This document shows, piece by piece, positions 37,117 through 47,921 of a stretch of 64,000 nucleotides of DNA (position 1 is the stretch's first letter; each line of letters begins with the position of its first letter). The DNA lies in the NCBI GenBank assembly GCA_963846495.1, contig CAWJWP010000035.1, positions 372,212 through 436,211 on the forward strand. The letters run 5' to 3'. The notes under the pieces were generated by a model. The model worked only from the letters and a program-made list of their open reading frames with translations. It was not told where the DNA came from and did no database searches. A program made the translations under genes and the position numbers. The DNA comes from Thermoanaerobaculia bacterium (lineage in GTDB: Bacteria > Acidobacteriota > Thermoanaerobaculia > Multivoradales > JAIOJS01).

Positions 37117-39184
37117 TCAGCCGTCGGCTTCGGCCGCCGGCACGCCGTCGTTGACCCGCCCCACCGCCCGCTCGTAGAGCTGGCGATACGGCGTGCCGGC
37201 GAGCGGCGCCAGCACCGAGCGCGCCTCGGTCCACGCCGCCGCCGCGTCGCTCCGCCGTCCCTCGCGCGCCTGCAGGTCGCCCATCTCGATGAGGCCGCGG
37301 CCGAGCGAGGCGCGCCAGCGCGCGTTGGTGGGGTCCTGCTCGACGAGGCGCTTGTCGATCGCCAGCGCTTCCTCGAGCGGCGGGTGCGCCGCGCGCCGCT
37401 TTGCCGTCGAGGCGGTGCACACGCGAGACGTCGTAGAGCGCCTGCGCCAGGTTCATCAGGTGCTCGGTGTCGCCCGACTGCAGCGCCACCGCCTCGCGGT
37501 CGATGCGCAGCGTCTCGTCGTAGGCGGCGCGGGCGAGGGCCATGTCGCCGCGCGCCTCGTGGACGGTGCCGATCCGGTGGAAGGCGCGCGCCAGCTTGCT
37601 CTGCCAGGCCGGGTTCTGCGGCTCGCGGCCGGCGAGGGTGCGGCAGATGCTCAGCGCCTCCTCGTAGTCCCTCATCGCGCGCACCAGGTTGCCGCGCTGC
37701 TGGTGCAGGCCGCCGAGGTCGTCCCAGGCGTCGGCGACCACCGCCTGGGCGGCGAGGTCCTGCGGCTTCGCCTGGACGAGCCGCTGCGCCAGCTTCAGCG
37801 TCTCGCCGAACGCCGCCTCCGCCTCGTCGAGCTTGTTGCGGTCGGTGAGCACGTCGCCGAGGTCGTCCCACGACTGGCGCAGGTTCTCGATCAGCCGCGG
37901 GTCGTCGGGCTTCTCGGCGATCAGGCCCTGCGCGATGCGGAGCACCTTGCGGTAGCTCTCCTCGGCGTGCTCGGAGCGCCCTTCGAGCTCGAGCACCTGC
38001 CCGAGCGTGCGCAGCGCCAGCCCGTGGCGGTAGCTGCGCTCGGCCGAACGCAGGTCGATGGGCACCTGCTGGTAGTAGCGCTGCGCCTCGTCGGCCACCT
38101 GGTCGAGCAGGTCGAGGCGGCCGAGCGGGCGCAACCGGTCGATCAGGTCTTCGAGCATGAAGGCGGTGAGGCTCTCGGCCTCCGCCCACGCCTTCTCGGC
38201 GCGGTCGGCCGCCTGCTGGGCGCGGTACGCCTGCCACGCCATGCCGGCGGCGAGCAGGCCGAGCGCCGCCGTGAAGGCGGTGCCGACGAGCCGGCGCAGC
38301 CGCCGCCGCGGCCGGCCGATGATCCAGCGCAACCGTTCCAGCGCGTCGAGCGCCGACGGCCGCGCGCCCGGCGACAGCGACTTCATGCGGCCGAGGAGCG
38401 CCGCGAGGTCGGGATCGATGCCGGTGATCGGCGTCGTGTCGCCGCGCAGCGCCTGGTCGAGGCGCTTGCCGATCGGCCCGCCCTTGCGCGCCGATTGGCC
38501 GGTGAAGAGCTCCTGCAGGACGAGGCCGAGCGAGTAGACGTCGCTCGCCGGCGTCGCCTCCTCGCCCTGCGCCTGCTCGGGGCTCATGTAGTCGACGGTG
38601 CCGGTGACGCCGCCGATGGGGAACAGCAGCTGGCTGCTCACCACCGCCTCGCCGTCGACGAGCGGCGCCAGCGGCCGCCCCACTTCGGTCGGCGGCTGCT
38701 CCTCGGGGCGGTGCGCCAGACCGAAGTCGAGGATCTTCGCCTGCCCTTCCGGCGTGAGGACGACGTTCTCGGGCTTCAAGTCGCGGTGGACGATGCCCTG
38801 ACCGTGCGCCGCCGCGATCGCCGACAGCAGCTGATCGGCGACGCGCAGCTTGTCGGCCTGGCTGTCGAGCGCGCGCTCGCCGCGCGCCTGCCGCAGCGTC
38901 TTGCCGGCCACCAGCTCGAGGACGACGACGTCGCGGTCGCCCGCCTCGAGGTAGTCGTGGATGAGGCAGATGTTGGGGTGATGGAGCTGCGAGAGGATCT
39001 GCGCCTCGCGGAGCAGGCGCGCGCGCGCCACGGGCTGGAAGCGTTCGTGCTCGCGCAGCACCTTGACGGCGACGCGGCGGCCGAGCTTCTCGTGCCGCGC
39101 CTCGTAGACGAGGCCCATGCCGCCGCTGCCCAGCGGCGCCACGATGCGCAAGGGTCCGATCTGCTGTCCTACGAGCTCGTCCAT
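37117..39184 (-). CDS. Ser/Thr protein kinase with a TM segment and C-terminal TPR repeats (frameshifted near 37400)
   Basis: Kinase motifs are GSGGMGLVYEA, AVKVL, HRDLKPENVVL, DFGLA and SPEQ, followed by a TM helix and TPR-like repeats. The last TPR units continue in ORF 37117..37422 (+1 shift in a gcggcgcgcggcgc run). The corrected end at 37117 removes the overlap with the convergent gene. Confidence 0.8.
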
Positions 39185-39361
39185 GGGCGGTCGCTTCGGC
39201 TGGCCGGCGTGGTGCGGAGACTGTGGCCGGGGCGCAGAATCTTAGCGGGAGCCGCGCGCGATGTCGTCGCTCGTCAATGGCTAGAAGGATTCGCGTCGGA
39301 GCACCCCTCCAACCCAGGGACCCGGCGGGGCGCCGGGCGGCCCGCGAACAAGGAGAATCCA

Positions 39362-40093
39362 GTGCGTCGACGAGATCTCGCATTCCTTGGAATCGCGCTG
39401 GCGACGATGAGCGGCCGCGCGGTCGCGGTGCCGGCGGCGGGTGAGCCCGCCATCGAGATCACGCGCGCCGACTCCGCGGCCGGCCGCGCGTTGCGGCTCA
39501 CGCTCTCGCTCGAGGTGGCGCCGAGCTGGCGCGAAGCCAACGTCGCCTTCCTCGCTCTGCGCAGCGGCGGGCGGCAGAACGCCGTCGACCACGCGAAGGC
39601 GCTGGGACGCGACGTCGACGTGACGGTGCCCGAGCTCGGCTGCGCCATGCTCGTCGCGGACCTGGGCCGGCCGGAGGATCGCGGCTTCGCCGACTCCTGG
39701 CAGCGCACGCGGCGCAGCACGAAGGCGGTCCTCTGCCGCGACAGCGGCGAGCCGGCGCAGGACCTCGCCGCCCGGCGGCGCGCCGGGGCCGTGCTCCTCG
39801 CCCGCGCGGGGACACGCGACGAGGTGCGGCCGCTGGCGAACCCGGCGACGACGCGGCCGGGCGCCGACCTGCCGCTCAAGCTTTACGCCGACGGCGACGC
39901 CGCCGCCGGCGTCGAGGTCGTGGCGCAAGGACCGGACGGCACGACGACCACGGTGAAGAGCGACGCCCACGGCTTCGCCACCGTCTCGCTCACCGCCGCC
40001 GGCCCGTGGCGGATCTGGTTCCGCACCGGCGAGCGCGTGGCGGAGCTGCTCTTCGAAGTACCGGGCGCCGGCGCGCAGGGAGGTGCGCGATGA
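39362..40093 (+). CDS. Secreted DUF4198-like (Ig-like/transthyretin-like fold) protein
   Basis: The GTG start follows an AAGGAGA RBS. A Tat-like or Sec signal is present (VRRRDLAFLGIALATMSGRAVA). The C-terminus reads ..GVEVVAQGPDGTTTTVKSDAHGFATVSLTAAGPWRIWF. Confidence 0.5.
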   Translation: MRRRDLAFLGIALATMSGRAVAVPAAGEPAIEITRADSAAGRALRLTLSLEVAPSWREANVAFLALRSGGRQNAVDHAKALGRDVDVTVPELGCAMLVADLGRPEDRGFADSWQRTRRSTKAVLCRDSGEPAQDLAARRRAGAVLLARAGTRDEVRPLANPATTRPGADLPLKLYADGDAAAGVEVVAQGPDGTTTTVKSDAHGFATVSLTAAGPWRIWFRTGERVAELLFEVPGAGAQGGAR

Positions 40094-42237
40094 GCGTGCG
40101 CCGTTCCGCTCGCGCGTTGCTCCTCATCGTCATCGCGGCGGCGCTGAACACCGCCGCCGGGGGCAGCGCCGCATTTGGGCAGGACTGGCAGGAGCTCGGC
40201 CCGTCGCCGGTCAGCGGCGGCGAGTTCGCCGGCACCACCGGCCGCGTGGCCGCCATCGCCCCGTCGCGGCAGCAGGCCGATGTCTACTTCGCCGCCACCG
40301 CCTCCGGTGGCGTGTGGCGCAGCACCGACGGCGGGCAGAGCTGGGCGGCGCTGACCGACCACCTGCCCACGACGGCGCTCGGCGCCATCGCCCTCGATCC
40401 GCGCGACGAGAACATCGTGTACGCCGGCAGCGGCGAGGCGAACTACGCCTACCACAGCCTCTACGGCGCCGGCGTCTACAAGTCGACGAATGGCGGCGAG
40501 TCGTTCCAGGTGCTCGCCGCCAGCCGCTTCACGGGGTTGGCGTTCTCGCGCCTGGCGGTGTCGCCCGACGGCACCGCGTGGGCGGCGGTCTCGCGCGCCG
40601 GCGGCACCGCCTTCGGCTTCGAGGGCGCCCGCCAGCACCCGCGGCGCAACGCGCCGATGGGCCTCTTCCGCTCCACCAACGGCGGCAAGACGTGGACGCT
40701 CGTCCGCCGCGGCCTGCCCGACTTGCCTGCCGCCGACGTCGACATCGATCCGCGCGACCCGCAGCGCATCTTCGTCACCGCCAGCGACGTGTTCGGCAAC
40801 GAGCGCAACGGCATCTACCTGTCGACCAACGGCGGCACCACGTTCCGCGAAGTGCTCGGCATCGAGGGCAACGCCATCGGCCGCATCGCCCTCGCCATCG
40901 CGCCCAGCGACCCCGACTTCGTTTATGCGATCGCCTCGCGTCCCGCCGGACGCGAGACGACCGGCGGCTTTACGCCGGTCGGCGACACGACGCTCGCCCT
41001 CTTCATCTCCAACGACGGCGGCCAGAGCTGGCGGTCGACCTTCCCCGGCAACTTCCTCGGCGACCAAGGCGTCTACGACATCGCCATCGCGGTGGCGCCC
41101 GACGACCCGCGCACCGTCATCCTCGGCGGCGTGCAGGTGGTGCGCTCGACCGACGGCGGCAACACCTTCGCCAACATCACGCCGCCGCACGTCGACATCC
41201 ACGACCTCGCCTTCGACGCCGCCGGCCGCCTGCTGTCGGCCGGCGACGGCGGCATCCACCGCTCGAGCAACCTCGGCGGCACCTGGGAAACCTTGAACGG
41301 CGGCCTCGGCGCCGTGCAGTACTACGCCGGGATGGGGCTGTCGCCCGTCGACTCGGAGCTCGTCGTCGTCGGCAGCCAGGACAACGGTACGCACGTGCGC
41401 CGTCCCGACGGCAGCTGGGACGAGGTGTTCGGCGGCGACGGCGGCTGGGTGGCGGTGCACCCGGAGCGCTCCGACACCTTCGCCGTGCAGTTCCAGGGCG
41501 CCGGCAACGTCTTCTTCACCCAGAACGGCGGTTTGACCTTCGCCGACATCGGCGGAGGGGTCGACCCCGGCGAGCGGACCGCCTTCCAGGGCCCGCTGGT
41601 CTTCGTGCCCGAAGGTCCGGGCGTCTCCGCCGGCTCGGTGCTGCTCTACGCCACCACCCGCTTGTACGAGAGCGTGCCGAACGGCTTCCGGCCGATCTCC
41701 GACGACGTGACGACGGGACCGCCGTGGGCCCTCCGTGCGTTGGCGACGACGCCGGCGGACGTCGACACGCTGTGGGCCACGAGCAGCGACGGTGGCGTGC
41801 TGGTGAGCTCCGATCGCGGCGCGAGCTGGGAGCGCGTGCGCGACGGTCTCGCCGGCTGGCCGCGGATCATGCGGCAGATCGCCGTCGACCCCGCCGACCC
41901 CAACGTCGCCGCGGTCGTCGACGGCGGCTTCGGCGGCGCCCGCGTCCTCTTTACCACCAACCGCGGCCGCACGTGGAAGGAGATCGGGCGGCGGCTGCCC
42001 GACCTGCCGATCTTCGCCGTCTCGATCGAGCGCGTCGGAGACCGGCGCCACCTCTTCGTCGGCACCGACCGCGGCGTCTACGCCAGCGGCGGCGACGGCA
42101 AGACGTGGACGCGCTACGGCGCCGGGCTGCCCAACGCGCCGGTGCACGACGTCGTCGTCGACCTCGCGCACGGCCGCGTGGTCGCCGCCACGCTGGGCCG
42201 CGGCGTGTGGTCGAGCCCGCTCGTCGCCGTGCGGTGA
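40090..42237 (+). CDS. Secreted BNR/Asp-box repeat beta-propeller protein
   Basis: The ATG overlaps the upstream stop (ATGA) and a signal peptide follows. Asp-boxes are STDGGQSW, STNGGESF, STNGGKTW, STNGGTTF, SNDGGQSW, STDGGNTF, SSNLGGTW, SSDRGASW, TTNRGRTW and GDGKTW. Confidence 0.8.
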   Translation: MSVRRSARALLLIVIAAALNTAAGGSAAFGQDWQELGPSPVSGGEFAGTTGRVAAIAPSRQQADVYFAATASGGVWRSTDGGQSWAALTDHLPTTALGAIALDPRDENIVYAGSGEANYAYHSLYGAGVYKSTNGGESFQVLAASRFTGLAFSRLAVSPDGTAWAAVSRAGGTAFGFEGARQHPRRNAPMGLFRSTNGGKTWTLVRRGLPDLPAADVDIDPRDPQRIFVTASDVFGNERNGIYLSTNGGTTFREVLGIEGNAIGRIALAIAPSDPDFVYAIASRPAGRETTGGFTPVGDTTLALFISNDGGQSWRSTFPGNFLGDQGVYDIAIAVAPDDPRTVILGGVQVVRSTDGGNTFANITPPHVDIHDLAFDAAGRLLSAGDGGIHRSSNLGGTWETLNGGLGAVQYYAGMGLSPVDSELVVVGSQDNGTHVRRPDGSWDEVFGGDGGWVAVHPERSDTFAVQFQGAGNVFFTQNGGLTFADIGGGVDPGERTAFQGPLVFVPEGPGVSAGSVLLYATTRLYESVPNGFRPISDDVTTGPPWALRALATTPADVDTLWATSSDGGVLVSSDRGASWERVRDGLAGWPRIMRQIAVDPADPNVAAVVDGGFGGARVLFTTNRGRTWKEIGRRLPDLPIFAVSIERVGDRRHLFVGTDRGVYASGGDGKTWTRYGAGLPNAPVHDVVVDLAHGRVVAATLGRGVWSSPLVAVR

Positions 42238-42398
42238 GACCGTCGATCGTCGTACGCGTCTCGGCGGCGCGCGGCCTCGCGGAAACGGTGGCCGCGGCGG
42301 CGACGCGCTACTCTTATGCGGCGGAGCCGATCCGACCTCGCCTCGCCGGTTCTCTCCCCCTTCCACGGATCTGACGGATTTCACGGAGCACCCCATCG

Positions 42399-45300
42399 AT
42401 GACTCGCCGACCTCGCCTCGCCGCCGCCCTGCTCTTCGCCGCGCTGCTGTCGGTCGCCCGTTCGGCCGCGCCGGCCGCCGCCGAGGACCCCAAGATCCCG
42501 TTCACCAAGTACGCGCTCCCCAACGGCCTCGAGGTCATCGTCGTCGAGGACCACAGCGTGCCGCTGGTGGCCGTCGACGTCTGGTACCACGTCGGCGCCG
42601 GCGACGAGGTCCAGGGGCGCAGCGGCTTCGCCCACCTCTTCGAGCACATGATGTTCCAGGGGACGCAGAACACGGGCGAGGACAAGCACTTCGAGGTGAT
42701 GCAGAACATCGGCTCGAGCGACGTCAACGGCACCACCAACTTCAACCGCACCAATTACTACGAGGTGGTGCCGAGCAACCAGCTGGAGACCGCGCTCTGG
42801 CTGGAGAGCGAGCGCATGGGCTACCTGCCGGCGACGATCACCGAGAAGAGCCTCGCCAACCAGCGCGAAGTGGTGCGCAACGAGCGGCGGCAGAGCCTCG
42901 ACAACGCGCCCTACGGCAAGGAGCAGTGGGTGGTCGGCGAGCTGCTCTATCCGGCGAGCCATCCCTACCGCTACCTCGTCATCGGCAGCCACGAGGACCT
43001 CGCCGCGGCATCCGTCGACGACGTCAAGGCGTTCTTCGCCAAGTGGTACGTGCCCGCCAACGCCACGCTGGCGATCGCCGGCGACGTCACGCTGGCGCAG
43101 GCGAAGCAACTCGTCGACAAGTGGTTCGGCACCTTCCCCAAGACGACCAAGCCACAGGCGACGGCGATCGCGGCGCCGACGATCCAGGGGCCGGTGCGCC
43201 GCAGCGTCGACGACAGCCTCGCCAAGCTGCGCCGCATCCACTACGCCTGGCACACGCCGGCGCTCCTGGCTCCGGGCGACGCCGAGCTCGACGTGCTGGC
43301 GAGCGCCCTCGGCCAGCAGGGCACCGGCCGGCTCTACAAGATCCTCGTGCTGGAGAAGCGCTGGGCGCGCAACGTCGCCATCTTCCAGGAGTCGCGGCAG
43401 CTGTCAGGCGTCTTCCACGTCTTCGCCGACCTGCAGGACGGCGCTCCGCTCGAGGAGGTCGAGAAGGTCATCGACCAGGAGCTCGACAAGGTGATGCGCG
43501 AGCCGATCAGCGAGGCCGAGCTGCGCCGCGCCGTGGTCAATTACGAATCGCAGTACACCTGGGGGCTCGAGTCGCTGCTGCAGCGCGCCGAGACGCTGCA
43601 GCTCTACAACCACTTCACCGGCAACCCGGAAGGCATCACCGCCGACCTCGACCGCTACCGCAGGGCGACGCTCGCCGGCGTGCAGGCGGCGGCGGCGAAG
43701 TACCTGCCCAAGTCGGTGCGCGTCGAGGTGCTGACGGTGCCGGCGGCGGAGCCGGCGCCGGCGGCGGGCGCCGCTGGCGCGGCCGGTGCCGCACCTGCGG
43801 GAGGCTCGGCGAGCACGGCCGGCACGGGCGCTCCGCCGACGGTTCCTGGCGGCGATGCCGATGCGGCCGCGGCGGCAGCTGCGGGCGGCGCGGTCGAGAA
43901 CGCCGGGGCGAAGCCGGTGCCGACGCCGGCCCCCGCCGCAGCGCAGGGAGCCGCAAAGACCGGCACGCCTGCGAGCGCTCCTCCGCCGCCCGCCTTCCCG
44001 CAGGAAGCGTTCCGTGCCAAGCAGCCCGCCGCCGCGTCCGCGGCGTCGCTCGTGCCGCCCGGCATGGAGCACTTCCAGATCGGCGACGGCATCGACGTCT
44101 ACCTCGTCGAGCGCCACCAGCTGCCGACCGTGTCGCTCGACCTCGCCTTCCCCGGCGGCACCGTCAACGACTCGGCGGACAAGGCGGGCCGCGCCGCGCT
44201 GTGCATGAACCTGCTCGACGACGGCACCACCAGCCTCGACAAGGTCGCCTTCGAGGAGGCGCAGGCCGACATCGCCGCCCGCGTCGACGCCTGGGCCGGC
44301 CTCGAGCAGCAAGGCGTGTCGGCGAACACGCTGACCAAGCACTTCGCGCGCACGCTCGACCTGTGGACCGACACGCTGCTGCGCGCCGGCCTGCGGCAGA
44401 GCGATCACGAGCGCAACGTGCTGCAGCAGGTGGCCAGCGTGCGGCAGTCGAAGGGCGCGCCGCCGAGCATCGGCCGCCGCGTCTCCGGCCCCGTCTTCTA
44501 CGGCGCCGGCCACCCGTTCGGCAACGTCGTCACCGAGGCGTCGACGCAGGCGGTGACGCTCGACGACTGCAAGCAGTACGTCGCCGACTACGTCCGACCG
44601 CGCGGCGCTCAGCTCTACGTGGTGGGCGACGTCACCCGCGCGCAGCTCGAGCAGGAGCTCGGCCGCCGCCTGGCCGACTGGAAGGGGACGCCGAAGGCGA
44701 GCGTCGCGGTGACGCCGCCGCAGCCGCCCGCCGGCAAGCTCTTCTTCGTCGACGTGCCCGGTGCGCCGCAGTCGTACATCGCGCTCGGCCACCCGGGGCC
44801 GGTGCGGCAGGCGCCCGATTACGTCCCGACCGCGGTGATGACCGGCATCCTCGGCGGCGAGTTCTCCAGCCGCATCAACATGAACCTGCGCGAGGACAAG
44901 GGCTGGGCCTACGGCGCCGGCGCCGGCATGCGCTACACCAGGAAGCTCGGCGCCTTCCGCGCCACCGCCAGCGTGCGCGCCGATGCCACCAAGGACTCGG
45001 TGCTCGAGCTCTATCGCGAGGTGAACCAGATGGCGGGCACCGGCACGGTGACCGCGGACGAGCTCCAGCGCCAGAAGAACGGCGAGGTGCTGGCATTGCC
45101 GGCGCGCTTCGCCACCGGAGAGGACATCCTCGGCACCTACCGCGAGCTCATCTTCTACGGCCTGCCGCTCGACTACTACGCGACCTACGCGCAGAAGGTC
45201 ACCGCGGTGACGCCGACGCAGGTGGCGACGTCGGCGAAGCAGCACCTGGCGCCGGCGCGGGTGCAGGTCGTGGTCGTCGGCGACGGCGCGACGGTGCTGC

Positions 45301-45416
45301 CGGGGCTGCAGGAGATCATGGCGAAGAAGGCGCTCGGCGAAGGGGCGCTGGTGGTGCTCGACGCCGACGGCAAGCCGGTCGCCGCTCCTGCGGCGGCTGC
45401 CGCCGGCGGCGGCTGA
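42399..45416 (+). CDS. Fused two-unit M16 (pitrilysin-family) zinc peptidase
   Basis: It has a signal peptide. The active first unit carries the inverted zinc motif HLFEH (HxxEH), then an Ala/Pro/Gly-rich linker (about 43738-44010). The second M16 pair lacks HxxEH. Confidence 0.85.
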   Translation: MTRRPRLAAALLFAALLSVARSAAPAAAEDPKIPFTKYALPNGLEVIVVEDHSVPLVAVDVWYHVGAGDEVQGRSGFAHLFEHMMFQGTQNTGEDKHFEVMQNIGSSDVNGTTNFNRTNYYEVVPSNQLETALWLESERMGYLPATITEKSLANQREVVRNERRQSLDNAPYGKEQWVVGELLYPASHPYRYLVIGSHEDLAAASVDDVKAFFAKWYVPANATLAIAGDVTLAQAKQLVDKWFGTFPKTTKPQATAIAAPTIQGPVRRSVDDSLAKLRRIHYAWHTPALLAPGDAELDVLASALGQQGTGRLYKILVLEKRWARNVAIFQESRQLSGVFHVFADLQDGAPLEEVEKVIDQELDKVMREPISEAELRRAVVNYESQYTWGLESLLQRAETLQLYNHFTGNPEGITADLDRYRRATLAGVQAAAAKYLPKSVRVEVLTVPAAEPAPAAGAAGAAGAAPAGGSASTAGTGAPPTVPGGDADAAAAAAAGGAVENAGAKPVPTPAPAAAQGAAKTGTPASAPPPPAFPQEAFRAKQPAAASAASLVPPGMEHFQIGDGIDVYLVERHQLPTVSLDLAFPGGTVNDSADKAGRAALCMNLLDDGTTSLDKVAFEEAQADIAARVDAWAGLEQQGVSANTLTKHFARTLDLWTDTLLRAGLRQSDHERNVLQQVASVRQSKGAPPSIGRRVSGPVFYGAGHPFGNVVTEASTQAVTLDDCKQYVADYVRPRGAQLYVVGDVTRAQLEQELGRRLADWKGTPKASVAVTPPQPPAGKLFFVDVPGAPQSYIALGHPGPVRQAPDYVPTAVMTGILGGEFSSRINMNLREDKGWAYGAGAGMRYTRKLGAFRATASVRADATKDSVLELYREVNQMAGTGTVTADELQRQKNGEVLALPARFATGEDILGTYRELIFYGLPLDYYATYAQKVTAVTPTQVATSAKQHLAPARVQVVVVGDGATVLPGLQEIMAKKALGEGALVVLDADGKPVAAPAAAAAGGG

Positions 45417-45590
45417 GGCCCGGCGGGGCTGGCGGGTCGCGGCGCCGGGCGGCGACGCTCGGCGCCCTCCGACACTCTCCCGGCGCGCTCCGGCGCGCTC
45501 CGGCGCGTGAATGTGGCGCACCGCGGCATGCCCTTGCCGCGGTGCGGCGTCCGTCGCTTAGAATGCGGCCGTCGCGGAGGGACCGACGCC

Positions 45591-47905
45591 ATGCCCACAC
45601 TCGAGCCGGAGACGCTGACCGCCACCACGCCGTTCGACGACGCGATCGCCGCGACGCAGCGCTGGTTCGACAGCCCGCGCTTCCACGGCATCGTCCGCCT
45701 CTACACCGCCCGCCAGGTGGTCGAGCAGCGCGGCACCATCGCGCACGACTACACCGTCGCGCGCGAGGCGGCGGCGGCGTTCTACGACCGTCTGCGCGAG
45801 CTCTTCGCGCAGCGTAAGAGCATCACCACCTTCGGCCCCTACTCGCCCGGCCAGGCGGTGGCGATCAAGCGCATGGGCATCGAGGGGATCTACCTCGGCG
45901 GCTGGGCCACCTCGGCCAAGGGCTCGACGAGCGAAGACCCGGGCCCGGACCTCGCGAGCTACCCGCTGAGCCAGGTGCCCGACGAGGCGGCCTCGCTGGT
46001 GCGCGCGCTGCTCACCGCCGACCGCAACCAGCAGTTCCAGCGCGCTGCGCATGACCGAGGCGCAGCGCGCGGCGACGCCAGCCGTCGACTACCGGCCGTT
46101 CATCATCGCCGACGCCGACACCGGCCACGGCGGCGACCCGCACGTGCGCAACCTCGATCCGCCGCTTCGTCGAGGTCGGCGTCCCCGGCTACCACATCGA
46201 GGACCAGCGGCCGGGCACCAAGAAGTGCGGCCACCAGGGCGGCAAGGTGCTCGTCGCCCAGCGACGAGCAGATCAAGCGGCTCAACGCCGCCCGCTTCCA
46301 GCTCGACGTCATGGGCGTGCCGGGCATCATCGTGGCGCGCACCGACGCCGAGGCCGCGAACCTCATCGACAGCCGCGCCGACGAGCGCGACCACCCGTTC
46401 ATGCTCGGCGCCACCAACCTCGAGGTGCCGTCGTACAAGGCGGCGTACCTGGCGCTCCTGCAAGCGCTTCTTCGACCTCGGCGTGCGCGAGCTCAACGGC
46501 CACCTGCTCTACGCGCTGTCGGCGGCCGAGTACGCGGCGGCCGAGGAGTGGCTGGAGCGCAACGGTGTGATGGCCGCGGCGGCCGAGGCGGCGGAAACGT
46601 ACCTCGCCGGGCTCGGCGCCGGGCCGCGGAGCGTCAGTCGACCTGTTCTTCGACAAGGTCGAGTCGCGCTTCGTCGACGCGTGGGAGGACGAGGCCGACC
46701 TCAAGACCTTCGGCGAGGCGGTGGCCGACGCGCTCGCCTTCCGGGAGAGCGAGGGCGACCAGCTGGAGATGAGCGTCGAGGAGTGGCGAGGGTTCGCAGC
46801 GCGCGCTTCGCTGGCGACCGCGTTGCAGCGGGCGCGCGCGCTGGGCGTCGACGTGAACTGGGACTGCGAGCTCGCCAAGACCCCCGAGGGCTACTACCAG
46901 GTCCGCGGCGGCATCCCGTACGCGATCGCCAAGTCGCTCGCCGCGGCGCCGTTCGCCGACATCCTCTGGATGGAGACCAAGACCGCCGACCTCGCCGAGG
47001 CCCGCGAGTTCGCCGAGGCGATCCACGCCGAGTTCCCCGACAAGATGCTCGCCTACAACCTCTCGCCGTCGTTCAACTGGGACACCACCGGGATGAGCGA
47101 CGAAGAGATGCGGCGCTTCCCCGAGGAGCTCGGCAAGCTCGGCTTCGTCTTCAACTTCATCACCTACGGCGGCCACCAGATCGACGGCCTCGCCGCCGAG
47201 GAGTTCGCCACCGCGCTGCAAGCAGGACGGCATGCTGGCGCTGGCCAGGCTGCAGCGCAAGCTGCGCCTCGTCGAGTCGCCCTACCGCACGCCGCAGACC
47301 CTCGTCGGCGGCCCGCGCAGCGACGCCGCGCTGCTCGCCTCCTCGGGACGCACGGCGACGACCAAGGCGATGGGCAAGGGCTCGACGCAGCACCAGCACC
47401 TGGTGCAGACCGAGGTGCCGAAGAAGCTGCTCGAGGAGTGGCTGGCGCCTGTGGGCGGCCCACTACGAGATCCCCGAGAAGCTGCGCGTCCAGCTACGCC
47501 CGCACCGCGCCGGCTCGGAGCTGCTCGAGCTGGCGATCTTCGGCAACGACGGCGAAGAGAAGCTCGCCAACGTCGTCTTCGCGCCCATCCACGACCGCCG
47601 CGGCACGCAGCATCCTCTCGGTGCGCGACCAGAACACCTTCGGCGAGCACCTGCGCAAGAAGCGGCTGATGACGCTGATCCACCTGTGGCTGGTCCACCG
47701 CTTCAAGGCCGACTCGGTGCACTACGTCACCCCCACCGAGGACAACCAATACCAGACCGAGAAGATGAAGAGCCACGGCATCTTCCGCGAAGTCAACCAG
47801 GAAGTCGGCCAGATCATCGTCGCCGACGTCGACCACGCCCGCGTCCGCGAGCTGCTGGCGGCGGATAGAAAGGCGCTGGGAGCGCTGATCCGCAAGGACA
47901 GCTAG
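45591..47905 (+). pseudogene. aceA: Long-form isocitrate lyase (ICL2/AceA-like), interrupted by eight +1 frameshifts
   Basis: ICL-like segments read across nine frame blocks, including [11 protein letters not shown] and [23 protein letters not shown] (KKCGH catalytic loop). Others are [39 protein letters not shown] and [10 protein letters not shown]. The C-terminal extension ends ..IRKDS*. The start is ATG 45591 after GGAGGG. Confidence 0.85.
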
Positions 47906-47921
47906 GAAGACCTGCGCCGGC

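Noticed and set aside
43738-44010. A repetitive Ala/Pro/Gly-rich stretch that could be taken for a DNA tandem repeat or a CRISPR-like periodicity.
   Set aside because: It is in frame within the M16 peptidase gene as an inter-unit linker. There is no fixed repeat/spacer periodicity, and I saw no CRISPR array anywhere in the window.
45481-45507. A short tandem repeat, cggcgcgctc x2.7, together with a nearby hairpin (ccgcggca..tgccgcgg, 45519-45541) upstream of the ICL gene.
   Set aside because: It is too short and low in complexity to call a regulatory element, and I recognised no matching operator consensus.
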